Shown here: positions 14,961-27,620 of the stretch, piece by piece | Numbering within the stretch: position 1 is the first letter of the stretch | How the letters are laid out: each line of letters begins with the position of its first letter | Source: the human T2T-CHM13v2.0 reference genome, Homo sapiens | Reading direction: 5' to 3' (one strand) | Assembly: GCF_009914755.1 (NCBI RefSeq) | Contig: NC_060928.1 | Length of the DNA stretch: 64,000 nucleotides | Notes under the pieces: generated by a model | The model's database searches: none | The model's input: the letters and a program-made list of their open reading frames with translations, nothing else | What the model was told of the DNA's origin: nothing | Translations under genes and position numbers: made by a program

Positions 14961-15265
14961 AGAGCTGTTCTGTCTAGTAGCTTTTAGCCACATGTGACTA
15001 TTAAATGCTTGAAATGTGGCAAGTCCTAATTTTTATGTGCCATAAGAGTATAATACAAACTGGATTTTGAAGACTATGAACACAATAATATAAATATCTC
15101 AGTAAACATCTTTATAATAATTGCAGGTTGGTATATTTTACATATGTTGTTGTTGAATAAAATATTAAAATAATTTTCATTTTTATAGTCTTCTAAAGTG
15201 GTTACTGGAAAACTAAAAATTATATACATGGCTTCCATTTGTGACTCATGTTATATTTGTACTCT
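14961..15265 (-). mobile_element. MER33-like hAT-Charlie element
   Basis: tagccacatgtgactattaaatgcttgaaatgtggc...ggattttgaagact. Confidence 0.7.
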
Positions 15266-15851
15266 GAGACTCTGGTTTAGTGAAATGGATTCAGGAAGAG
15301 ATGCAGCATAACTTGGGTGTATGGAAGAGAGAGATTTCTAGAAAGGACTAAAATGTTGGTCTGGTTGGGTATAGTCATTAAAAAGACAAAAAGATAGAGG
15401 AGCAGAAACTTTACTTGCGTGATGATTTTGGATGTCCTCATTTGAGATGTCAGGCGGATATTTAGTTGAAGATGAACAGTGTAAGGTGGATACTAGGTCT
15501 GGAATTCCTGAGGAAGGTTGGTGCTGAAGATACAGATTTTGGAGTTGTTACTTCTGGCATCTAAAGTCATGGATAAAATTTCTAGAGCTAGAATGTAGAG
15601 CAAACTGAAAAGGTGGGTGGTACATATTAAAATACATAAAAGGGTTAAGTAAATTAGTACTGCTGAACACACTTGAGTGTTAATTAATTAACTAAAAGTT
15701 AATTAACCTTTAGTGGCTACCTACTATGTGCCAGGCTTTGGTGATATATGAGATTTTAGGCATTAGAAAAACAATAAAAGTTTTTGAATGGAAATTAATA
15801 ACATATAAATATCTTATTTCAGGCATAAAATGTTGTGTATTTGCAGTTTTA

Positions 15852-16187
<336 letters not shown>

Positions 16188-16799
16188 TTAATAAATGTAA
16201 TAGAAAATACATTTAAATATAATAAATAGTTTTTATTTGTGGCAAAATCTTTCTAGAAGAAGGTGACATTAGAGATAAAGACTTGTGGAGAATTCTGAAA
16301 AAGTTTCTTGTAATTTTATAGAACTAATTCTTTATTATATATGCTTTTATTATATATATGTCTCCATATGATACATATGCTGCCATTAAATTTTGTGACT
16401 TTGGTTTGAGGAAGTTGCAGCTCTAGATCTGATATTTTTGATAGAATATGTGTTACGTTGCAAAGAAATTTAAGAGAGCAATATAAAGAGAAGGTACAAG
16501 GGAGATATTCTGCTGAATAGACTGACAAAGGAATAGATAGGAGGAAAAGGAAAGAGACTTCAGTAGAATGGACTGAGACGGCACTACTTTGCTGTCAATG
16601 TTATCAGAAAAATAACAAGGAAAAGCACAAAATTTATTTTTTGATAGTGATGAGGAAGACAGTTTCCCATTTTGACCACATATAATTATATGTTTAAGAT
16701 TTATATGTTTTATTTTAAAAGGAGTAGAAAAAACATATTCTTTTCGATAAATGAAGAGAGAATGATTCAAATTTTACATATTGTTGTAATTAACATGTT

Positions 16800-17000
16800 C
16801 CCACACAACTGCATCAGCATTGTGCTAAGTTATTTAAATGTATTTTCAATTAATGCCTATGAAAACCCAATGAGTAGCTATTGTCTATTTTTTACTAACT
16901 GGCTTAGAAAAGTTCCACAAACTGTCCGAGGCCACACAGCTAGCAGCTAGTAAGAGGGAGAACTGAGATGAGAATTCAGTTCTCATAACCTTGTGGTTAT
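16800..17000 (-). mobile_element. MIR SINE
   Basis: gaggccacacagctagc...gaactgagatgagaattcag, reverse MIR core. Confidence 0.6.
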
Positions 17001-17359
17001 ACTTGTTAAGGGTTTAAAATTCAGGGAGTATGTATACAGTGAAGAAAGATAAAAGAAAAGATAAAGAATCAACTATTGATTAAAGCCTTGGATTTCAGAG
17101 GAGAAACAACATGACTCTAGTGACCATACCAGCAGTAGTATTTATTCTGAGGAAGTGAGAGCCAATGATATGCTATGCATGTACTACATCAGTTTTTTTT
17201 TTTTTTTTTAACAATTTCAGTAAATACAGAACTCTCTCCCTGCTTTTCCCAGCCACCTCACTGGCTGACACAGAAAATATAATTTGGGAGACAAAAAACT
17301 AGTTGAAGTTTCTCAGACACCACATATATGCATATACATTTGCATTATACACATATAAT

Positions 17360-17361
<2 letters not shown>

Positions 17362-17399
<38 letters not shown>
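17362..17399. repeat. (GT)19 microsatellite
   Basis: Perfect dinucleotide run. Confidence 0.97.
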
Positions 17400-17401
<2 letters not shown>

Positions 17402-20400
17402 ATAGCTAAGCTGTGTTCTTATTGTTGAAAGAAAATTCTGCTTGCAAGACTAATAGATTTTTTTTCTTTTTGGAATAATGGGCCAGCATTATTTTTGAGG
17501 TACTTCCATCAAGGAAACAATTAAGTTTTCTAGCCACCAGAAACTGAGCTTTTAAGATATCTTTCCTCCTATAAATTTTTTGTGTTTTCTGTAATTAAAA
17601 ATAAAGCAGTACTCATGGTAAATGTGTCACATTATATTAAAACAGTGAGACAGAATAACAAAAACTACACAGGGTAAATGGATAGGTTTGTTAAAATTGA
17701 AGGCTACAAAATCTCGTATTGGACTAAAAGCTATTTTTCTAGAAAAAAATGTGATAAAAAGAGTATAAATTTTTCTCACTAGCATTCTTTCTTGTTGTTT
17801 ATTTAATTCTCTTTGGGCCATTGTTAAATACAAACAAAATTTGGTTTGGGGCGAGTTTTGTAATATAATTTTTAGAGACTGTTACTTGATAAGCATACAC
17901 ATTTTGATAAAGACAATGATCAAATATTGTTTTTGCCTTTATAAATGTGAGGTCATCAATGATTATATCTGTGAATTAGGCAACTGGATTATAAAAAAAA
18001 AAGAAAGGAGAGAAACTAGCTTGCTTTAGAATTTTTAAAGAAAGTACGTCATTCAAAGTGGTGAAGAGAGAGTATAGGATTCTAAGGTATGGTTATTTCA
18101 CAGCGAAGAGGTATCTATCCCTTTTCAGAAATATTTATTGAGAAACTTCTTTTGCTTTATGGCCCACCATGCTGTTATTATTGTGGCTTTTGTCAAGACA
18201 CTGTCTCTGTATTTATACTGACTATTGAATAGATACCACTGAAAGTTAGTTTGACACCTTATTTGGGAGATTAATATACTACTCTACTTAATTGCTTTGC
18301 CTACGGTTTGTGATGCTTCATATTCATTGGTAGAAATTAAAAGAAAGTTTAAGCAAACAGCCTGAATTTAGCCTAAGAACTAAAATTTTCCATTTCTGTA
18401 AATTCATTGTAATCACTTTTTTATTTATGGATAGCTTAAATAAATTTCATGACTACTAAAACATATATTATTTAAGACCATGAGATCAAATTTATTTAAC
18501 ATTTTAAAGAATTAAATGTATTAAAATCTTGAGTCAATAATTCTAAAATAGCCAGTGGGTAAAAATTGGAAAAAGCAAGATATTCTTAAATATTAAATTT
18601 TTCCTGATTTATTATAATCTCAGAGCCCAGAGTTCCTCTTAGTAGTTTATTGTAAGATGAAGATAAATTATACAATTAAAATTTATTTTGTTGTCTTCAT
18701 TATCAACCTTAATGAGAAATATGTTCACATTGACTGAAGTAACCAGATTGAAAAGAGTAGTTGAGTTTGGGGAAAATTTTGCTCCCAGATATCTGTAGAC
18801 AGCTAACTGATACTGTATAAATTATTTAGAAAACAATGAAAATGGCATAAAATGAGTTACACTTTTAAATGCCAGGTGATGGGTTGGAAAACCTTGAGTT
18901 ACATAGATTGTACTTGAGATGTAAAAAAGTTTCCCTCTGTTCTATAAATATTACTTTTATCCCACTTGAAAAAAAGTTAATCACTATTTTTAAAAAGAAA
19001 GATTTATAATATAAATTGGAGGAAACTAATGAATAAATCAAAGGTTCGAGCTGTACATGCAGTTACTGTGATTTTAGTGTGTGTAATAAAATGCTGTGAA
19101 GCACACACTCACTTACGCAACAATAAGATGGATAATTGAGCCTCATAGTTAACAGAAAGGGACAACAAAAGTATATGTGATTTATACTCATGTCCATGAA
19201 AAGCCTTACATTTTTTGAATAAGGTCAATATCCTTTTGCTGAGAAACAACAGGAAAACAAACAATCTTAATGAAGTATAAATGTAAAGTTGGATGCTGAA
19301 TACCCCAATTAGGACACATAAATTTGATGTGTTTGCTTAAAAATCAACAACAAACTAACATACAGAAAAATACAGATCTTTGATTTGCTATTATATTATT
19401 GCAAGCATAATTTCTCAAATTACAAGAAAAAGTAGTATTTTCTACAGCCAATAGGAAAATTACTCTGGAGGAAGAATAGGTTGTTGGGTAATGTTACCAA
19501 AGTCAGTTTGATTTACTGTTCTGTTGAAATTTTACCTTCATGTATTACTGAAAAGTTTAACAAAATATTAATATGCCATCATTGACAAATGAGATAAAAA
19601 TCCAACTAGCCTTACAATAACCTCTAAATAAGAAAAGAACCTATAACTCTAAGACAGAAAGAACACCACTTCTCCAGAAATTAACATTTGGGTGGCGTGG
19701 CTGAGAAATTGGGTTTAGGTTAGAGAATTAGTGATGTTTGAAGAGGTAAGATTTGGATTATACTTATTTTTTTAATAGGCATTAAAAACATAATCTTCTA
19801 CAATAGTAGACATACTGGCATATATGAAAAATCCATGCTTTAAAAAGATTAACATATACTATGTAGAAGGCACACTGCCTCACTATATATGCAAACACAC
19901 CTTGGTGTTTTCATTCCATATTTTATCAATAAAGCTTTATTTCTATCTCAGATAGTGAAAAATATATAAATACTATATCGTTGTCAAGGTGGAAATATCT
20001 AGATTATTAGTATAGTAAGATTCGGGACCGACTTAAAGATGGCCTTAGACTTAATAGTGGTATTATGCAGCTTCATACTCTTTTTCTTCCCTAAAAACTT
20101 TAACAGATTTTGCTGGAATCAAAATGACAAATTCACTGGGAAAGGCATGTGCTGCCAGATAAAATAATATCAGTGAATATGGAAGCTTTCACGTAGTCCC
20201 CTCTTACAGGAGGAAAACAAACAAAAAACATGGGGAGCTATAACTTCACAACTTCTTTAGCAAGTCAAGAAATTAGTAAAGAGGAGTCATTGCAGAAAGA
20301 AAATATGTGGGCTGATATAATAAAGAGTAATTACTCACAAATAAGAGTATGGGGTTACATAATTCCCTCTCATAATAAAAGCAAAATTGTTTTTAAATTC

Positions 20401-20703
20401 TCAAGGGGAAAATGTTAGCCCTTAATTCAAATATTGAGTTACGACTAACCTCATTTACTTGGTTTTTCCTTAAAATTTTAACTGCTCACTTGTATATAAT
20501 CCAGATTATCAGTCGTACATAGAGTATCTGAAACCTTATGCTTAACATAGGAACTGGGCTGTGCTATGATCTATACACTAGAAACTGGATAATGCCACAA
20601 ACCCCCACATAATCTCCCAAAAGCTTACACAGGGATTGGTGCTAGTAATTGTCAATGCGTGCATATATAACAGTTTTCATTTTATGAAAAAGGCTGAAGG
20701 AAA

Positions 20704-20763
20704 TTTATTCACACAGTTCTTTGTTGACAATCACAAGTGCTTGAGAATAAAGGTGGATTTATT
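20704..20763 (-). terminator. Proximal poly(A) signals of NDST4 (AATAAA x2)
   Basis: Plus-strand tttatt at 20758-20763 and 20704-20709, about 50 and 105 nt after the stop codon. Confidence 0.6.
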
Positions 20764-20814
20764 TTTTTTTTAACACTAAAAGTATCTTGAGAGGCTTAGT
20801 TCTTGTCTCCAGTG

Positions 20815-20934
20815 CTATCTCACTTTCTGCAGTTCCTGTCTCAGCCACGATGGCAGAGGCTGTCCCAGTCTGTGTAGCAGTTTGGATAGTTCCACATTAT
20901 GATCTCGGTAGTAATTAGAGAGGAACGTTCTAGA
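20815..20934 (-). CDS. NDST4: NDST4 last coding exon, [39 protein letters not shown]
   Basis: Strong polypyrimidine acceptor cttttttctttccag, 39 codons plus TAG (plus-strand cta at 20815-20817). Confidence 0.96.
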   Translation of the reverse strand, partial: SRTFLSNYYRDHNVELSKLLHRLGQPLPSWLRQELQKVR

Positions 20935-22788
20935 CTGGAAAGAAAAAAAGAAGAACTTGAAAGAAGCTCTTTGTTTCATCAAACAGGATATTGTAATCTA
21001 TATTTCTTAAGGAATATATCTACTACAGTATACGTGTCTACAACATATTATATTTCTTGTATTTTTCCTCAAATATCAGTTATTTTTACCTTTTGAAAAT
21101 ATTTGGCAAAGGTGTAGCTAAAAATAGAAATAGGACCAAGTATATCCTATATGGCGTATCTGTCATTACGGCACATATTTATTGTGGGATATATGAAGTC
21201 TACACAGAAAGAAAAAACGATGACAGGAGTGTAATACTAGAGATAAATGAGATAGGGACTGCATGAGGAATGAAATTTATGGAGGTAAGCTAGATAAATG
21301 TACATACATTTTTTTTTGAAAATTGGCCTGTAAGATAAAAATTGAATGTGAGCATAATCATAAAAACTAAAATTCACTATTACAAATAATAACTTGCAAT
21401 ATTATGCAAAATTTTTATACATTTACTCAGAGCTGAAATATATTTTTTTAGTCACTAAGAGCTTTTGGTTTCCAAAATATTATAAGGTCTCTGAAGCCTG
21501 ATCCTTTTTGCAATTCTTATATTTCTAATCATGTTGCAGAGATGGGCCGTTATTAGAGAAATGCTAAAAAAAATATGAATGGTTTTAGTTTTATATTTAT
21601 CTTTCATCTACACAGATTTCTGGAAAACAGGACATTTCTAATTGGACTTTCTTTCTGGATATCACCTATATTATAACCCAATTGGCAGATTTCCATCTCT
21701 TTGATAAAATTGGAGACGAACACTTTTCCTGTTGCTGGCATAGGTAACAATGCCTCCTTCATTGTTTTCCATTTGGTCCAAGATCCACCATCTCTCTTAA
21801 GCCCTCCTCAATATTTCAACACAAATGGTCTTTTACCACATAAAACTCCCTTAGCAACTTTTGTGTATACTGTGGAAATGGATTTAAGACAACTACATTT
21901 CATCTTGGAACGTTCACCAGGTATTTCATTATGTTTCTTCCCTTAAACCAGATTGTAAACACTTCACATTTCGGATAAGATGTTTATAGTAGTAGTGGGA
22001 ACATTACATTTATTTCTTGGTGGATTAAAGTGATTTCTGAAACCCTTTTGAAGTTATTGAGTTCAAAAATGTAGCTTAAGGACCTTCTAGTATATCTATT
22101 TCCATAGTAACCCATGAATCACCTGCATCCCCCTTTGCCCACCTTGCCATAAGAGAAATATGTATGATACCTGGCTGAGCCAATTGCTGGCTGGTTTTCC
22201 AAGCCTGTTCTACCAGATAAGACATTTCTTCTCATATCCTCACTTCTATTGAAATATTTTCCTGCCGTTTTCTGGTTTCGTTTGTCATTGTTTTACGTTT
22301 TTATGTCCCTAATACAAATCAGTGGATATAACTAATTTATCCTGTAATAAATCTGAGCTCACAACTGTTTTATCTTTGTATTCTTTCCATTGCTTAGCCC
22401 ACTTCCACCTGTAATGTAGGCCTTGAATATCTGTATTGAATATATAATAATGATACTTGAATATTTTATCCAAAATCACTTGTTTAGTAAACTATTTAAG
22501 TGCTTTAAGCATTTGGAAATGAGTCATTTTTTAGTAAATATTTATTTTTGAATTGCATTCAAACAGCAAATAATTTCTAGGAATGTATATTAATTTTAGT
22601 ATCTATCTACCGATCTCTATCTATCTATCATTTCTATGTGTCAATTATCTCTATCATCCTCTAAGTATATAAAATTATTAATTGCAAAGGAAGAGCAGAA
22701 AAAGGAAGCAAATTTCTTGTTACTAGTTTTGAAATAGCTGTTTGCAAATATTTTTGCTAGAGTAATTCAAAGATTAAAAAATTATTAC

Positions 22789-22891
22789 CTCTGGATCCAT
22801 AGGTGGATATTTTCGGCCTTTGCTTTTTCCAAGGCATTTTGTCTTTCCTCCTTCCAGTAATTGACACCAAAAACCCTTTTGGGGATCAAAC
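22789..22891 (-). CDS. NDST4: NDST4 coding exon (approx. exon 13), [34 protein letters not shown]
   Basis: Translated by hand. 103 nt with acceptor gtactgtag and donor GAG/GTAATA. Contains the KGFWC...CLGKSKGR motif of heparan sulfate sulfotransferases. Confidence 0.95.
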
Positions 22892-24051
22892 CTACAGTAC
22901 ATAAAACATAATGATTACAAATTGTATGCAGAATTTTCAGTGAGACAGCCTCACCAATTGAATAAAGGAAATGTATTTTTGTATGCCCACTGATTTAATT
23001 TAATTCATTTTTACAGATATTTATTTAGCTGATTTGAGAGAGGCTAACTGAGATGAAAGAAGCTATATGTTATTATATATTTTAAGTAGCTATACTATAC
23101 TGAAAAAAGAAATAGATCTTTAGTTTACTTTTACATGAACATTTTTAACTTAAGTTCCTTAGCTTACCTATGCATCCATAAAAGATCAAAGACCAATAAC
23201 TGAAATTACAGCCAATATATAAAGGAACTTTAGGATACTTTATTTACTTATGGATGTGATTTCAAAGATATGTTAACAGACTTATTTGAAATCATTCACT
23301 GGTATATATTAAAGGGGTTGAATGTAATGTAGGTATACTTCTGTGAATATAAACATGAATTAAAGCTTTCAGTTCAGAAATTATTGCATTTTTTACAGTT
23401 CAAAATGCTTACACTTTTCAAAAAACAAATTAGAAGTGTAAAAATAAAGTGGAAGATTAGACAACCTCTTATTTCTCTTGTTGAAGGCAGATAATCTGTT
23501 AGATAATTCAGGTACCTATATTCTTACAGAAAACTCTAATGTCGTTTTGCTCACATAGCTGCACTGAGTTATAAAAGAAAGGATGTGTGGCCTAATTTGT
23601 TTTTAAAAGTCAAATATGTAAGAATTTTTGTTTAGGACTAACAGGAGAGGAAAAACGGAAGAATGAACCAAATAGGAAGGGAAATTTTAAGTTCATTACT
23701 ATGGGACTTGCTGCATGCATAAAACATCGAAAAGGTTTGCATTTTTGCTGCTCAGCAGATGTTTTAGAAGGATGAAGCATAATTGACTGGGATATAAAGT
23801 TAATTAGTTGCAGAATATTTTGTTGCCCTGGGCCCATTCCTATAATACTGGTGCACCTGCAATTTGCTTCTGTACATATGTGAATTCATTTAGGGGGAGA
23901 GGGAAGTTTTCTTCACAGTTCTCTGCCCAACCTATTATTAGAGACCTGAACCTTGCAGTCCAAGTTGTCCTAGTACATGTTGTAAATTAAAATTAAATAC
24001 ATCACTAGTTAAATGGATAAAAGAAAGAGTCATTTCCAACCTGGACTTTTC

Positions 24052-24350
<299 letters not shown>

Positions 24351-25558
24351 TCCAACCTGGACTTTTCAATCTGCTCTTTGCCTGTCACAATCCTTTCTCC
24401 TGTTTTCATTAATTTCCCAAGAGGAAAAACAATTCAGCATGCTGTATAAAATGAGATGAAGTTGGCATAACAGTGCCCCTAAACATTGTTTTCTGCCTCA
24501 GGATGAGAATATTTAACTGCATTAAGGTAAAATACAGCCCTGGCAGCAAAGTCAACATATTTATACACATGCTGAGAGCATCTCCTTTGCTCTCAGGTAA
24601 TGCCGAGGTCTCAGGATGGGCTGTGGTCTCTCCTTGTTATCCACAGCAGCTGTTGTAAGGCACAGCTTAATACAATCAGAGAAAGGAGAGCCCTCCAGAA
24701 TACCGAAAGTCATTTTTTTTAGATAGGGTTGTCATAACCTTGAATCTACATGATTTTGCTGTCCTGGTTTCATTTATTGCATTGGCAACTTCATATGCCT
24801 TAAGTCTAACAAAGGACATTTATCCTCTCTAAGTTATATCAATTCATTGCTTTGTGGTTTTACTTTAGTAGGCATGAAATTGTGAAATTAAGATGCAAAG
24901 CCTGCCTCAATATAACTGTTAGGCAACTTTTAGTACATGAGTTGGTTGTGGTTTGAGTTTTTTTTATTCTACTGAACATCACTATAGTTATTAATTTTTG
25001 TGATGTGTGAGACATATTAAAAACGACATATTTTGTACTTGTTTGTAATCTCTCCTTCAAAAGTGTAATTTTACAGGTTTATTGAACCATAAGCAACTAT
25101 TTTTCATAAACAGGATAGAAACATTACCTCAACTACGGCTGAGAGGCAGGAAAAGAAAGCCAACATCAGTAACTATTAATACAAACATATTATAGGAAGC
25201 TTCGTTTACTTAATTAACAGGAATAGGCCTTGTGTTGTTGTTATTTCCATGTGTAGGTAAAAACTTCATTAAGGTTGTTTTAGTGGATAAGGAACAACCC
25301 AATCTTATTACTGCTTTTCCTGTTCCTCTGTTAGCCTCTCTAATTGTCTAATTGCTGGTTCTAATCTGCTGCGAACTGGGAAATTACATAATTGTGCTTG
25401 TTAGAATTTTGTCAAAATTTCACAGGTTTTGTATCAGACCTTGTGGGAGAGGCTTTTATGAATAAAGTACAATCCCTTTTAAGGTATATTTTGGCTACTT
25501 GTTTTTGTTTGTTATTCTGCTTCTTTTACATTTCTCCCCATTTTTAATTATAAAAATA

Positions 25559-26144
25559 TATGGTTTTATTTTCCCAAGATGACAGCAATCATATCTCCCA
25601 TCCCACATTCATTCCCACTGGTGATGCTGTCCCACCCCACCAAGAGGTGCAGTCTTGTTTTTCTCCCCTTGGATTTGGACTGGCTTTAGTGACTATTGTA
25701 ACAAGTAGAATGTAGCCTAAGTTATACTGTGTGACTGGCAGGTCCAGGTCAGAGAAGGACTTGGCTGTCTTGGACCACATGCTCCCTTGACTTATTGCTC
25801 CCTCTTGGAACACAGCCACCACAAGGTGAGAAAGCCAAGTCATCCAGGAGGCCTCATGGAGAGCCTTCAACCCACTGATCTCAGCCTTTGAGCCATGCCA
25901 GTCCAGGATTCAGAGACGTGAGTAAAGGAGACTCCAGATGATTTCAGGTCCCAGTCATCTGAGTCAAAGCCAGATATTCAAGTCTTCCAGGCTGTGGCTC
26001 TAAACATCATGAGCGAAGACAAGCCATCCTTCTGTATCCTGTCTAATTCCTGACCCACAGATTCCATGAGCATAATAAAATAATGGTCATTATAAGCCAC
26101 TAGGCTTTGGGATGGTTTGTCATGCAACAATAAATAGCTGGAAC
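25559..26144 (+). mobile_element. MLT1 (G/H-like) solo LTR
   Basis: Typical MLT1 3' end aattcctgacccacagattccatgagcataataaa...taagccactagg...ctggaaca. Confidence 0.75.
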
Positions 26145-26604
26145 AGTATACATGATTATATTTGGTTATAAATAATTTAATAAATACATAATAAAACATG
26201 AATATACTCATTTCCCAATTCTGTCCTACATATTGCATTTCATTTCTAACCTGTAAATTTCTTGAAAGAGGAGACAATATCTTTTTCACCTTTGTAAACT
26301 AAATTTCTAGGACACTTTCTGCACAGGTAGGCATATAAAAAATTTACTTAATCAAACTGATAACAGGGAAAACTCACAAAAAGAAGAATTTGCAATAATA
26401 TAACATATACTTTACAAAATAAAGTATTTCTCATATTTAAAAGAGAAACACTACATGATTGATGAGGATATTCCTTTGATTGCTTGTAGGTAGCATAGGA
26501 TGTATAAATTCTAGCTAGTATTAATGATGTTATATACACACCTACCAGTGATAATTTATGATGGCAAATAATGGAAATGAAATCAAGCATGACAATAGAC
26601 TCAC

Positions 26605-26714
26605 GTTAGTGCTTCAGAGTAATTATAACGAGGTGTAACTCCCAGAAACTTCTGGACTTCATCCATCACAGTAGCTGGGTCAGATCTCAGCTGCTGTCCA
26701 TCAATAATTAGCAA
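26605..26714 (-). CDS. NDST4: NDST4 coding exon (approx. exon 12), [36 protein letters not shown](T)
   Basis: Not in the ORF track; translated by hand. 110 nt with acceptor gactttacag and donor AC/GTGAGT, phase 0 to 2. Confidence 0.95.
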
Positions 26715-27214
26715 CTGTAAAGTCAGAAATAGTCACTTTATGAAGAAAAAAATTAAATTGAATAGACTGTGATGCCTTCCTTTACCTGGTGTGACATTCA
26801 TAAATTAGATCAGTGTGAATAGGAAGCAAATATGCCCTACTTAGAATACATCCGAATGTTTATTATTCTTGCATCCTTCCACATAAACAATAAAGTTTGC
26901 CATAGGCATCATTTCTTGTGAATTATCAAGTTATAGCCCTTAACTTGCTTTTTGTAAATCAGAAGTAAACATAGACACTTTCTTGATTTAGTGCTTCAGT
27001 AGAAACATAATTTTCCATTTGTTGTGTGATCAGATAATTATCCAGCCTACCAAATTCCTATTAGCTAACCCTGGAGCTTAGGGCTCAGAAATAGTGGTCA
27101 TCCAAATGAAAATCACCCATCTAATCTTAAACAAACAAGACAGAGGGAGGAGGGAAATGTTTGTCCATGCCTTACTGATCATTGGATCACTGCCCTAGAA
27201 TATCATAATTGTCA

Positions 27215-27568
<354 letters not shown>

Positions 27569-27620
27569 CTACTAGGGCTTCAATTTGCCCTGAGCTGGAA
27601 GATAGAATATTAAAGTTATG

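Noticed and set aside
20925-20940. Alternative acceptor 5 nt into the last exon (cag/TCTAG)
   Set aside because: It would give NVPL-stop, but the first AG follows a strong pyrimidine tract and nothing in the sequence shows the second is used.
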